Sequence record: SRR31156797_6890
Direction: 5' to 3' (one strand)
DNA length: 64,000 bases
The notes below the pieces were generated by a model that saw nothing but the letters and a program-made list of their open reading frames with translations, was not told the origin of the DNA and ran no database searches. Below are positions 48,822 through 59,010 of this stretch, piece by piece. A program made the translations under genes and the position numbers. Numbering within the stretch: the stretch's first letter is position 1; every line of letters starts with the position of its first letter.

Positions 48822-49413
48822 TCATCACCACCACGACATTCATGTCATACTCACGCTGTACTTGTTCGGGCTGAAGCACAGAGATTTTCTGCTCTGGATA
48901 ACCCAAGTTTTCACCCACGATAATGCTGCATTGAATATCTCGCTGAATCGCTTGTTGCGCGATTTCATAAGGACCAAGAATCTTGTCGGTAACTAACGCA
49001 ATTTTTTTGTGCAGAAACAGGAACTCAAAATCCGGCTGTTTACCGTGAGAGCTGGTGATATAAACATCATTCATATCGATACCGACTTCTGAAAACAGCA
49101 TTTGTATCGAGCTGATACCAGGCACACATTTGCGCTGAGAGGGATCAAAATGTTCACTTATGCGTTTGCCAATACCAAACAACATAGGGTCACCGGATGC
49201 CAATACCACGACATTTTGATCCTTGAACTCCTCTAACGTCGCTAACGTGCCTTCAATACTGCCTGACAGTTCTATCCGCTTACCGTTAAAGTCATCAAAT
49301 GCACTTAATAAGCGCGGCCAACCTACTAGGATGTCAGCCTTAGCTATTAAGTTTTCACCAGCAACAGTGATTAAATCTCTTCTGCCCGGGCCGGTTCCGA
49401 CTACATAAATCAT
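48808..49413 (-). CDS. cbiE: Cobalt-precorrin-7 C5-methyltransferase
   Basis: [29 protein letters not shown]. Confidence 0.93.
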   Translation of the reverse strand: MIYVVGTGPGRRDLITVAGENLIAKADILVGWPRLLSAFDDFNGKRIELSGSIEGTLATLEEFKDQNVVVLASGDPMLFGIGKRISEHFDPSQRKCVPGISSIQMLFSEVGIDMNDVYITSSHGKQPDFEFLFLHKKIALVTDKILGPYEIAQQAIQRDIQCSIIVGENLGYPEQKISVLQPEQVQREYDMNVVVVMNERQ

Positions 49414-50546
49414 TGGAAATCCTCCACGATTTGTTCAACAGGACGATTACTGCCGAGCACTTGGTTATCAAACGAAAACAACACAACATCACACTTGAAC
49501 TGGTGTTTCGCGTACTTGAGCATGGTTGCTACCCTTCGTTCGATTTCTATCGCGATATTGTTGTAAACCGCCTGATAGCCATGCTCTTCTATCAACTCAA
49601 GCGCTTCTTCTGTTGTTAAACAGTGATAGATTTGATGGAGCAGCTCATGAGGTGCATTCAATAATGCTAAATGCGTCACTAATGTCTCCAAACGAGCATC
49701 GGCGATATGGGAATGGGTATGAAATACCCCAGCGGCAATTTTGATTAACTTACCAAGATGACCAACAAGCAAAACATGTTGAAAGTTAAGTCGATTCGCT
49801 TCCTGAAGCATATAGCCGACAAAATTGCTCATGGTAACAACGATATCTTGCTGAATTTCGAGCTGCTGCTGAACAAAACGCTCACCATGGTTTCCCGGAA
49901 CCAACACAATGTTTTCGTTGCCTAACGCGCGCTTTTGTTCCAATTCAATCGCCAGTGAGCGTTTCCAGCTCTCTTCGGACATGGGCGTGACGATACCTGA
50001 GGTTCCGATAATAGAAATGCCATTCTCAATGCCCAATCGACCATTATAAGTACGTTGCGCGCGTTCTTTGCCTTCTGGCGCAAAGATGGTGACAACGGCG
50101 CCTTTATTGGGTCCGATAACCCCACGAACTTCCTGTTCAATAGTATGACGCGGCGTCTTGTTAATCGCGGCTACACCAACGGGCAACCCAACGCCTTTAC
50201 GCGTGACAACACCAACACCTTCACCACCTAATAGTTCAATATCGTTAGAGTCGTTAAGGGTGACCTGCGCATAAATGAGCATGCCATGGGTAGCGTCGAC
50301 ATCATCACCACCATCTTTGCGTATCGCTGCCACGGCGCTTTTCATTTCAACCGACGCATCTTCTACATTGAGATTCAATGTCACTCCTGATGGCGTCACA
50401 ATTGAAACCTGATGTATCAGTTGTTGGCGCATGACCATTAACGCGGCGACTTTTGCTGCTGCGGTTGCGCATGATCCCGTGGTATACCCTTTTCGGTATG
50501 ATTTACCTCTGTGCCAAACCAGATCCGCTTCTGCAGTTTGACTCAT
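49410..50546 (-). CDS. cbiD: Cobalt-precorrin-5B C1-methyltransferase
   Basis: [43 protein letters not shown]. Confidence 0.95.
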   Translation of the reverse strand: MSQTAEADLVWHRGKSYRKGYTTGSCATAAAKVAALMVMRQQLIHQVSIVTPSGVTLNLNVEDASVEMKSAVAAIRKDGGDDVDATHGMLIYAQVTLNDSNDIELLGGEGVGVVTRKGVGLPVGVAAINKTPRHTIEQEVRGVIGPNKGAVVTIFAPEGKERAQRTYNGRLGIENGISIIGTSGIVTPMSEESWKRSLAIELEQKRALGNENIVLVPGNHGERFVQQQLEIQQDIVVTMSNFVGYMLQEANRLNFQHVLLVGHLGKLIKIAAGVFHTHSHIADARLETLVTHLALLNAPHELLHQIYHCLTTEEALELIEEHGYQAVYNNIAIEIERRVATMLKYAKHQFKCDVVLFSFDNQVLGSNRPVEQIVEDFQ

Positions 50547-51178
50547 AAAGCCTCCCGCATATGGTAAAGCACAGCATTGACGATGGCTGCAGCAACATTG
50601 CTTCCACCCTTTCTTCCTAAAGCGGTAATGAATGGAAAATCACTTTCGTACAACGCTTGTTTTGATTCAGCTGCTCCGACAAATCCGACTGGAACACCAA
50701 TAGTCATCACTGGCGTGTCAGCGGCACTTTGCAGTAACTGAAACAGAGCCGTAGGCGCATTTCCGAACACAAACACCTTGTTGCCTTCATCCTTTAGCGC
50801 TTTTTCTACGGCGACCATAGAACGAGTTTTAGATTGTGCTTTGGCTTCTTCAGCGACGAATGGATCAGCGATATAGCATTTAATCTCACAATCAAATTGC
50901 TTAAGTAGACCTTTATTAATGCCTGACAAAGCCATCGTTGTATCGGTATAAAACGTACACCCTTCATAGATCGCTGTTTGCAATGTTGCCAACGCATGTG
51001 GTGAGAACTTCAAGATTTCCAACCAATCGAAGTCAGCGGTAGTATGAACGGCACGGGTAATGACTTTCTTTTCAAGCTCATTGGTAAATTGATATTCCGG
51101 AAACTCTGAAGCAATAATCTCATCGATAATTTCAAAGCTCGTCGATTCAATTTTTTGTGGCTGCTGGATAAAGTTCAT
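50543..51178 (-). CDS. cbiC: Cobalt-precorrin-8 methylmutase
   Basis: [30 protein letters not shown]. Confidence 0.95.
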   Translation of the reverse strand: MNFIQQPQKIESTSFEIIDEIIASEFPEYQFTNELEKKVITRAVHTTADFDWLEILKFSPHALATLQTAIYEGCTFYTDTTMALSGINKGLLKQFDCEIKCYIADPFVAEEAKAQSKTRSMVAVEKALKDEGNKVFVFGNAPTALFQLLQSAADTPVMTIGVPVGFVGAAESKQALYESDFPFITALGRKGGSNVAAAIVNAVLYHMREAL

Positions 51179-51188
51179 ACTACTAACC

Positions 51189-52142
51189 CTATATTAAGAT
51201 GATGTATACAAAGGAAAAGATCACAAGTGCCAATGTCGACGTAACGTACATTAATCGTGTTGATAAACGGATATCTTCCGGTTCGATTTCTCTCACTAAA
51301 TCGCCAATCCAAGGTTTCTCAACTAACTGACCAAAATAGTTACTTGGGCCTCCTAGTCGCACGCCTAATGCACCTGCCATTGCTGCTTCAGACCAAGCGC
51401 TATTAGGACTTTTGTGCTGATATCTGTCTCGCCATCCAACAGTCAATGCAGACTTAGAATTACAACCAACTAAAGCAGCAGATAAAGAGAACAGTAACCA
51501 CGAGAGTCGAGCCGGAATGAAATTAGCAATGTCATCCATTTTTGCGGAAACAAAGCCCAGCGCTTTATAACGCTCGTTTTTGTAACCAACCATTGAATCC
51601 AATGTATTAATTGCTTTGTAAGCCATAGCGAGTGGTACACCACCGATGAACAGATAAAACAACGGAGCGATTACGCCGTCCACGGTATTTTCAGCAACCG
51701 TTTCAACTGTTGCTCGGGTGATTTGTTTTTCATCAAGCTGGCTGGTATCGCGGCCGACAATGTATGAGACTTTAAGTCTGGCTTCCGCAAGGTCATTGGC
51801 ACGTAATGGCGTAAGAACATCATGAGCGGATTGTTTCAGACACCCTGTTGCTAATACGGTGAACGCCAACCACAGTTCGACAGCCGTACCCAATAGCCAA
51901 TGAATATCGTGACTTAAGTGAATAATTGCCCAGGTAATCAGTCCAGCCGTACCAACTATCCAGAACCATAAAAGTCCACCAGCGATGTAGAGCCAAACTT
52001 TGCCTTTAAAAATTTGGCGAATTCGCTTCTCCATATTGGAGATAGAGTTACCAATCAATCTAACCGGATGTGGCCAACTGTGGGGGTCACCAATTACTAA
52101 ATCCATAAAGAACGCTGTGATATAGAGAGATAACGTCAACAT
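51189..52142 (-). CDS. cbiB: Adenosylcobinamide-phosphate synthase
   Basis: GDP-x-x-WPHPV, VGRDT, AENTVDG, NTLDSMVGY, SPNS. Confidence 0.95.
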   Translation of the reverse strand: MLTLSLYITAFFMDLVIGDPHSWPHPVRLIGNSISNMEKRIRQIFKGKVWLYIAGGLLWFWIVGTAGLITWAIIHLSHDIHWLLGTAVELWLAFTVLATGCLKQSAHDVLTPLRANDLAEARLKVSYIVGRDTSQLDEKQITRATVETVAENTVDGVIAPLFYLFIGGVPLAMAYKAINTLDSMVGYKNERYKALGFVSAKMDDIANFIPARLSWLLFSLSAALVGCNSKSALTVGWRDRYQHKSPNSAWSEAAMAGALGVRLGGPSNYFGQLVEKPWIGDLVREIEPEDIRLSTRLMYVTSTLALVIFSFVYIILI

Positions 52143-53506
52143 AAGCTGCGTGCCCTCCTAAACCATTCGATCAGCATATTCGGAGATTGTGCAAAATGGA
52201 CATGCAAATACATCGCTAAGGTATTGCCGACTTGGTAACCACCTCGCCATGAAGACAACACTTTGCCTTCCTGCTCTTTTGTTAAACAAAACACCGGATC
52301 TAACTCAGTTTCAAAATCGGAATAATGAAATTCGTGACCACGTAACTCTTCACCAACTAAACAGAGTAGTGTGTCTTTCTCTGCTTTCGCAGTGCAATAA
52401 CCAAAACGATTGAGCTTACTGGTCATCACGCTATGACCCGATAGAATCCCAGCCATTGGGTAGACGTTATCCTCGGTGTCAGAAAGCGATTCCCCTAAAT
52501 ACATCAGCCCGCCGCATTCTGCATAAATAGGGACACGACGATGATGTGCAGCAAGAATCGATTCCAACATGGTATGGTTCTCAGAAAGCTGCTTGCCATA
52601 CAGCTCTGGATATCCACCACCGATGTAAACCAAATCACAATCGGGTAATGCTTTATCGGTTAATGGGCTAAAATAGCGAATTTCAGCGCCACTGCTTACC
52701 AACAAGTCCAAATTGGCTTGATAGTAAAAATTAAACGCCTTATCCATCGCGACGGCTATGGTTAAACCTTCACCCTGCCCTTGTATAGACTGGTAGATTG
52801 ATTGGGAAGACTCGGGATGACTTCCCATGTCAGCGACTTCAAGTAACCCATCAATATCAATGAATTCCTCAATCGCTTTGGCGAGTTCATCCCATTGGCT
52901 ATCCATGTGTTGTGATTCTTGTGCAGTCATTAACCCTAAGTGACGAGAAGGGAGTTCAATAGTGGGTAACTTAGGTAAACGACCAAACACAGGAATGTGG
53001 CAATAGTTTTCTACCGCCTTTTTGAGAAGTTGGTAGTGGGTGTCCGAATTGACATTGTTAAATATCACTCCAGCGATATTGATGTCTTTCCCGAACTGCT
53101 GGAAACCCATCACAATGGCGCCTGCCGAAGTTGACATTGCCTTGCCATCAACCACAAGAATGACAGGACACCCCAATGTCTTCGCGATCCCCGCCCCACT
53201 GCAATAATAAGGATCGGTGCCATAGCCATCGAACAACCCCATCACACCTTCTATGACTGCGATATCCGTGTTGTGGGTTTGTTGGTTAAACAAGGCATTG
53301 AGCGTCTGTTCATCAAGCATGAACGCATCTAGATTATGAGAAGGTACTTTGGTGACTTTAGTGTGCCACGCAGTATCAATGTAGTCGGGGCCGACTTTAA
53401 AGGGCTGAACGCGAAGCTCTCGACGACATAGGGCTCTCAATAAGCCCAATGTTATTGTCGTTTTACCACTTCCGCTGTTGGTACCCGCTATAAGTAATGT
53501 TTTCAT
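52136..53506 (-). CDS. cbiA: Cobyrinate a,c-diamide synthase
   Basis: SGSGKTT, FKVGPDYID, EGVMGLFDG, SRHLGL, AECGG, GHEFHYS. Confidence 0.95.
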   Translation of the reverse strand: MKTLLIAGTNSGSGKTTITLGLLRALCRRELRVQPFKVGPDYIDTAWHTKVTKVPSHNLDAFMLDEQTLNALFNQQTHNTDIAVIEGVMGLFDGYGTDPYYCSGAGIAKTLGCPVILVVDGKAMSTSAGAIVMGFQQFGKDINIAGVIFNNVNSDTHYQLLKKAVENYCHIPVFGRLPKLPTIELPSRHLGLMTAQESQHMDSQWDELAKAIEEFIDIDGLLEVADMGSHPESSQSIYQSIQGQGEGLTIAVAMDKAFNFYYQANLDLLVSSGAEIRYFSPLTDKALPDCDLVYIGGGYPELYGKQLSENHTMLESILAAHHRRVPIYAECGGLMYLGESLSDTEDNVYPMAGILSGHSVMTSKLNRFGYCTAKAEKDTLLCLVGEELRGHEFHYSDFETELDPVFCLTKEQEGKVLSSWRGGYQVGNTLAMYLHVHFAQSPNMLIEWFRRARSLC

Positions 53507-53617
53507 AGTCCACTTTCAGCAACATTTCTGAACGGACGGCGGGCAGGAGAAAAGTCGTAGGATCTCTAGCTAGGAACCTACTTCTCTCACTCTCTTCCCA
53601 CCGAAGGAGTTATTGAG

Positions 53618-53796
53618 TTCAACTTAATTCGTCTTCTGGCTTAGCTTCACTCTCCCTGATTCCTTCCCGTTAACAAAAACAGTGGATTTCTATCAGGTCG
53701 TCAGCATCACAGCAGCGGGGGCTGCGGAGGGTTTACACCTCACTTCCGTAATCCCTTTCGGGATACATGCCCTGTCTGGGGCATAATCAAATTGAA
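53618..53796 (-). ncRNA. Cobalamin (AdoCbl) riboswitch in the cbiA leader
   Basis: Minus strand: GGAAGTGAGGTG...GCAGCCCCCGCTGCTGTG...CCACTG...GGGAAGG...AAGCCAGAAGAC (B12 box, 53631-53642); closing stem pairs 53785-53796 with 53618-53629. Confidence 0.92.
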
Positions 53797-54093
53797 ATAT
53801 ATTCCCTTACTGATTGACGTCTTTTCGCTCTTATACGATTTTTATTACGGCACCAAACAGTTTGGGTATCATTTCGACAACTAAAACTAACTACATATTT
53901 TGTTCCTAATCCTTACTATAGGCTTTTGATAAGAAATTTCTGGCGAGCATCATGATGAATTTATGCTAATTAAAGCCATTTAATGGTAAAAAATTGCTCT
54001 ATAAATTCACGCCATCAATAAAACCAATACTTTACGCTTAATTTAAAAATATTCAAATGGTAATTTATTGTCATTTTGTATTGTTCAAATATG

Positions 54094-54132
54094 TTAAGTG
54101 GCACTTATTATGAATAATAAAGTGCCACTTAA
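54094..54132. terminator. Long inverted repeat downstream of pocR
   Basis: TTAAGTGGCACTT...AAGTGCCACTTAA, 13-bp perfect arms. Confidence 0.6.
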
Positions 54133-54154
54133 TTATATAAAAATAGATAGGTTA

Positions 54155-55060
54155 TTAGTCGTGAACAACCGTGTCTTGGTAGTGTTTATCACGATATTCT
54201 TGCGGACTCATACTGCAGTTCTTTCTAAATACTTTACAAAAATAACTGGTTTGTGAAAAACCTAAATTTTTAGCAATTGTTGCAACAGGTATAGCACTAC
54301 TTTTTAACATTTTCTTAGCATGCATAATTCGACAATTATTTAAGTAAGCATTGAATCCTATTCCAATATGCTTCTTAAATAACTTAGAAAAGTAATAAGG
54401 ACTTAGATATATATGAGATGCAACATCTTCTAATTTGATGTCGTCACTAAAATGGTGCTCAATAAAACGTAGGGCTTTTTTGATCTTATGATCATTGTTA
54501 TTTGTCGAAAGTTTTTGTTGCTCATGGGCTACCGTATCATCGATAACGACCAAGTTAATATGTTTACGAATACAGTTCTCAACAATCAACTGCAGTAACT
54601 CAGCAGAGGCGACAACTTTCTGATAGTCGACCACTGGAATGTCTTCAAAACAGTGCATTAAGTCCGAGTCTTGCTCCCAAAGACTTTGGGTGTGAGCCAT
54701 GCCCTCTAACTCATCGTCTTCGTGATCAACAAGCCTCACTTGCCCACACAATACAAACCCAACCAGTGATCCTTCGACAATGAGAGGAATCGAAAAATCT
54801 GTCAGTCCAGCATGGCATTGATAGACACATGGCTTGTTATCCACAGAGGCTTTCAACCCTCCTCTTTTATCACTAAGCATGCACTGACTATACAACTCTG
54901 GATTTTCACGAATCTTCTGGCAGAACTCAGAAAAATTAAATCGTTCAGAAATTTCCTCTCCATGAATATTAACAACGACCACTGCCATTTCTGTCGCTTG
55001 AGCAAAGTCTGAAGCAATCTTCCTGATTAACGCTGAGTCTAACGAGGTAACTGAAGACAT
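54155..55060 (-). CDS. pocR: AraC-family activator of cob/pdu operons
   Basis: PocR sensor domain (DFAQAT, FCQ, CHAGLTDFSIP, GQV) plus AraC HTH (YLSPYYFSKLFKK); ATG at 55060. Confidence 0.93.
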   Translation of the reverse strand: MSSVTSLDSALIRKIASDFAQATEMAVVVVNIHGEEISERFNFSEFCQKIRENPELYSQCMLSDKRGGLKASVDNKPCVYQCHAGLTDFSIPLIVEGSLVGFVLCGQVRLVDHEDDELEGMAHTQSLWEQDSDLMHCFEDIPVVDYQKVVASAELLQLIVENCIRKHINLVVIDDTVAHEQQKLSTNNNDHKIKKALRFIEHHFSDDIKLEDVASHIYLSPYYFSKLFKKHIGIGFNAYLNNCRIMHAKKMLKSSAIPVATIAKNLGFSQTSYFCKVFRKNCSMSPQEYRDKHYQDTVVHD

Positions 55061-55288
55061 AACCACCTTCTTAATCCATAGGTACTGTAAGAATATTCTT
55101 ACCTAAAATCGAATAATATTTAGCACCTAGTTAGAATAAAATAAGTGATCACAGACGAAATAAGATAATTAATTGAGTGAAATTTGTTTTGTTAATCAAA
55201 GTTAGTTAAAACAATGAAACAACATTGTTAATTAACTAAAGCTTATCGATGAAAAACAAATTTCTAATTTTATTTATATAACAAAATT

Positions 55289-55345
55289 AAAAAAGTATCC
55301 AAATGATAAAATTCAAACTTATTTGTATTATTATCACTTGGATAC
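55289..55345 (-). terminator. Terminator-like hairpin after gldA
   Basis: GTATCCAAATGATAA...TTATCACTTGGATAC with an A6 run giving a U-tail on the minus strand. Confidence 0.55.
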
Positions 55346-55371
55346 AGGGTATAAAGTGAGGTTTATTCCAA

Positions 55372-56454
55372 TTAACAACCTAATTCATGAGCGGTTAACA
55401 TCGCGGATAATACCAACTCCGGAGTCACTTCAAATGGCATATTATGGATGGTTTCTCCCTCAGCACATGCTGCTTTCGCCACGTTGAGTAACTTATCTTT
55501 GTCGATATTAATGACCCCCATATCGGTTAAGTTGGTCGGTAATCCGACAGAACAGCAGAATTCTATCACTTCATAGATCTCATCGATGGGTGCATTTTCC
55601 AGTACTAACTGAGTAATCGTACCGAACGCAACTTTCTCACCGTGATATAAATGGTGGCACTCTTCCAACAATGTCAGCCCATTGTGTATAGCATGCGCTG
55701 CTGCTAATCCCGAACTTTCAAACCCGATTCCAGATAAATAGGTATTGGCTTCAACAATGTTTTCTAATGCGTGACTCGACAAATTGTTATCACAGGCAAC
55801 TTTTGCTTTCAATCCATCACTCATTAACAGATCAAAGCAAAGTTTTGCTAACGCCTGAGCGGCTTTGGTGGGTGCCCCACCTGCCATTGTTCCTTTGCCT
55901 GATCGTGCATTCGCTCTGGCTTCAAAGTATGTCGATAGAGCGTCCCCCATCCCCGCAACCAACAACCGTGTTGGTGCTTGCGCGATAATTTGGGTATCCA
56001 TGATCACGACATCTGGGTTTTTAGTGTAGAAACGATACTCACTAAACTCCCCTTCAGGCGTGTAAATAACCGATAGTGCACTGGTTGGCGCATCGGTAGA
56101 AGCAATAGTTGGAACGATAGCTACGGGGATATTGAGCTGTGAAGCCACCGCTTTTGCTGTATCTAAGGTTTTTCCACCACCAATACCAACCACAACTTCT
56201 ACTTTTTGTTGCTGGGCTACCTCAGTCACGCGCTCTATTTCTTGTTGACAGCATTCGCCGCCAAATAAGCAGAAGTAACCTTCAATGTTTTTTTCACTGA
56301 AACTTTCCACTACTCTTTTTTCAACTAAACGAGTAACGAAGTCGTCTGCCAGCACAAGCGCTGATTGTCCAAGTGGATTGACATAAGCCGCAATGTTATC
56401 CATCACGTCAGGGCCTTGAACGTACTTGCTTGGACATATAATAATATTATCCAT
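55372..56454 (-). CDS. gldA: NAD-dependent glycerol dehydrogenase (GldA/DhaD)
   Basis: PSKYVQG, GGGKTLDTAK, PTIASTDAPTSALSV, GDALST, AHAIHNG, HGEKVAFG. Confidence 0.93.
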   Translation of the reverse strand: MDNIIICPSKYVQGPDVMDNIAAYVNPLGQSALVLADDFVTRLVEKRVVESFSEKNIEGYFCLFGGECCQQEIERVTEVAQQQKVEVVVGIGGGKTLDTAKAVASQLNIPVAIVPTIASTDAPTSALSVIYTPEGEFSEYRFYTKNPDVVIMDTQIIAQAPTRLLVAGMGDALSTYFEARANARSGKGTMAGGAPTKAAQALAKLCFDLLMSDGLKAKVACDNNLSSHALENIVEANTYLSGIGFESSGLAAAHAIHNGLTLLEECHHLYHGEKVAFGTITQLVLENAPIDEIYEVIEFCCSVGLPTNLTDMGVINIDKDKLLNVAKAACAEGETIHNMPFEVTPELVLSAMLTAHELGC

Positions 56455-56515
56455 TGATACTCCTCAGGGCCTGTTAGCCCTAATGGTTAGGTGAGAGTCT
56501 TTTGAGCAAGCGTGA

Positions 56516-57328
56516 TTACACTTGTTCTTCAGCTTCCTTTGGCGGTTTTACCTCAGTTTCCAACCCCTTACTGATAAAGAACTTGTAACCAAACCCACCC
56601 ACACAAGCACCAATGAGCGGCGCGATAATAGGTACTAAGAAGTAAGGAATATCACGAGCCCCTGTCAGAGAAACATTTCCCCAACCGGCAAGGAATGTGA
56701 ATAGTTTTGGCCCAAAATCACGAGCCGGATTCATAGCAAAGCCCGTTAGTGGGGCTGTCGCTGCACCGATAACCGCAACCAAAATACCAATTAACAAAGG
56801 AGCTAATGCGCCTCTCGGTACACCGTTACCATCATCGGTTAAAGCTAGAATCAATGACATTAAGGTCGCGGTAATAACAATTTCAACGAAGCCCGCTTGG
56901 AAAACTGAAATTTCTGGGTGTGGGAAAGTACTAAAAATACTCGCCAAATATAGGCTTTCTTCTGAGCCTCTTACCATTGCGTTTGTTGCTTCATAAGCAG
57001 TAAACAAATCGTGGTAGATCAAGTAGCACATCATAGCGCCGAAAAATGCGCCGCCGGTTTGCGCCAGGCTGTAGGGAATTACTTTGTGTTTAGGAAAACT
57101 TGCAAACAACCAAAGTCCAAGCGTTACTGCTGGATTTAAGTGCGCACCTGAAACACCGGCTGTCAAATATACGGCCAGGGAAATCCCTAGACCCCATACA
57201 ATACAAATTTCCCATAATCCATACGAAGCACCAGCCACCTTTATCGCCGATAAACAACTGGTACCAAAAAATAAAAATAATCCAGTTCCAAAAAACTCGG
57301 AAATGCATTCGTTTCTTAAGTTACTCAT
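56516..57328 (-). CDS. pduF: Propanediol/glycerol diffusion facilitator (aquaglyceroporin)
   Basis: SGAHLNPAVT and GFAMNPARDFGP; divergent from pduA. Confidence 0.9.
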   Translation of the reverse strand: MSNLRNECISEFFGTGLFLFFGTSCLSAIKVAGASYGLWEICIVWGLGISLAVYLTAGVSGAHLNPAVTLGLWLFASFPKHKVIPYSLAQTGGAFFGAMMCYLIYHDLFTAYEATNAMVRGSEESLYLASIFSTFPHPEISVFQAGFVEIVITATLMSLILALTDDGNGVPRGALAPLLIGILVAVIGAATAPLTGFAMNPARDFGPKLFTFLAGWGNVSLTGARDIPYFLVPIIAPLIGACVGGFGYKFFISKGLETEVKPPKEAEEQV

Positions 57329-57639
57329 GACATTACGTTCCTTTTTATTTGAAATAAACGCGGTTTATTTATTCACATTTAACTTTAACCCCTGTTCCAC
57401 AAAGCCAATTGACGGATTTATGAAATATAAACTCCGCCATTAAGTATATTTTTTTACTCTGTTACTTTTTTGCCATCTATACACTATTGGGAGGTAATTT
57501 TTGATTAGTCGTTAATACTTAAGGTCAAAAATCAAGAACTACTCCTTTAAATTCAATTAGATAAAAATAAAACTTAGGGTAATTTCTTGTTCAGAACAAA
57601 ATTCTATTAATGATAACAATGTCTCACTATTTTGATATT

Positions 57640-57683
57640 TATGAGCAAGCTCAAATATTTAAATATTTTTGCTAATCATCACA
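57640..57683. promoter_or_regulatory. Two CRP-like sites in the pduF-pduA divergent region
   Basis: TATGA-N6-TCAAA (57640-57655) and TTTGC-N6-TCACA (57668-57683). Confidence 0.5.
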
Positions 57684-57901
57684 AAAACAACCATTAAAAA
57701 AATTAACAAATAGCAATTATTTACCATCAATTATCGTTAGCCCAACCCAGATTCTAATTAACAATCTACTTTTTACTGGACAATATTTTCACATATATCA
57801 CTAATTAGTCTCTCCCTAATCACGCAAACTAAACCATTATTTCCCTGCCAGTTTTTCTAATATCACCTCGCAACAATACAAAAACATCATGAGGTATACA
57901 T

Positions 57902-58186
57902 ATGCAACAAGAAGCACTAGGAATGGTTGAAACTCGTGGTTTAACCGCTGCAATTGAAGCTGCAGACACCATGGTTAAATCGGCAAATGTACTGCTTGTC
58001 GGATACGAAAAAATTGGCTCTGGCCTGGTTACTGTCGTAGTTCGTGGAGACGTAGGTGCAGTTAAAGCCGCTACTGACGCTGGCGCATCATCTGCTGCCA
58101 ACGTGGGTGAAGTTGTCGCGACACACGTTATTCCGCGCCCTCATACGGACGTTGAGAAAATTCTTCCAAAAGGACTTAACGAATGA
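57902..58186 (+). CDS. pduA: BMC hexameric shell protein
   Basis: [29 protein letters not shown]. Confidence 0.96.
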   Translation: MQQEALGMVETRGLTAAIEAADTMVKSANVLLVGYEKIGSGLVTVVVRGDVGAVKAATDAGASSAANVGEVVATHVIPRPHTDVEKILPKGLNE

Positions 58187-58989
58187 GTGACAACCCATTA
58201 GTTGAACAAATTATGAATCAGGTGATCGCTCGGGTTCAGAACGGTTCACCTGATGTCTCCTCAGCAAAACCCAATCGAGGTGAAACAATGGATAAGAAAT
58301 CATGCAGTCTTACTGAGTTTGTCGGTACTGCGATAGGCGACACTATAGGGCTTGTCATCGCAAACGTTGACACGGCTTTATTAGACGCAATGAAGTTAGA
58401 AAAACGTTACCGCTCTATCGGTATTCTTGGTGCTCGTACTGGTGCTGGTCCACACATCATGGCGGCTGATGAAGCTGTCAAAGGGACAAACACTGAAGTC
58501 GTCTGTATCGAGCTACCACGTGATACCAAAGGTGGCGCAGGCCACGGTTCTTTAATTGTATTTGGTGGTGATGATGTTTCTGACGTACGTCGCGCAATCG
58601 AAGTCGCACTTAAAGAATTAGACCGTACTTTTGGTGATGTATACGGCAATGAGGCTGGTCACATCGAACTTCAATACAGTGCTCGCGCAAGCTACGCACT
58701 AGAAAAAGCGTTTGGCGCTCCACTCGGTAAATCTTGCGGCATCATCGTTGGTGCACCGGCTTCTGTTGGTGTTCTGATGGCTGATACTGCGGTGAAATCT
58801 GCCAATGTAGACGTGATTGCCTACAGCACACCAGCGAACGGCACAAGCTTCAGTAACGAAGCAATCCTGGTTGTTTCTGGAGACTCTGGCGCAGTTCGAC
58901 AAGCGGTTATCTCTGCTCGTGAAATCGGCAAAACTTTGCTTGGCACATTGGGTGACGAACCAGTAAACGATCGTCCTTCTTACATCTAA
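58183..58989 (+). CDS. pduB: BMC tandem-domain shell protein PduB; internal start gives PduB'
   Basis: [26 protein letters not shown]; second GAGGT RBS and ATG at 58288. Confidence 0.95.
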   Translation: MSDNPLVEQIMNQVIARVQNGSPDVSSAKPNRGETMDKKSCSLTEFVGTAIGDTIGLVIANVDTALLDAMKLEKRYRSIGILGARTGAGPHIMAADEAVKGTNTEVVCIELPRDTKGGAGHGSLIVFGGDDVSDVRRAIEVALKELDRTFGDVYGNEAGHIELQYSARASYALEKAFGAPLGKSCGIIVGAPASVGVLMADTAVKSANVDVIAYSTPANGTSFSNEAILVVSGDSGAVRQAVISAREIGKTLLGTLGDEPVNDRPSYI

Positions 58990-59010
58990 TCAAATTAACG
59001 AGGTTGGTTC

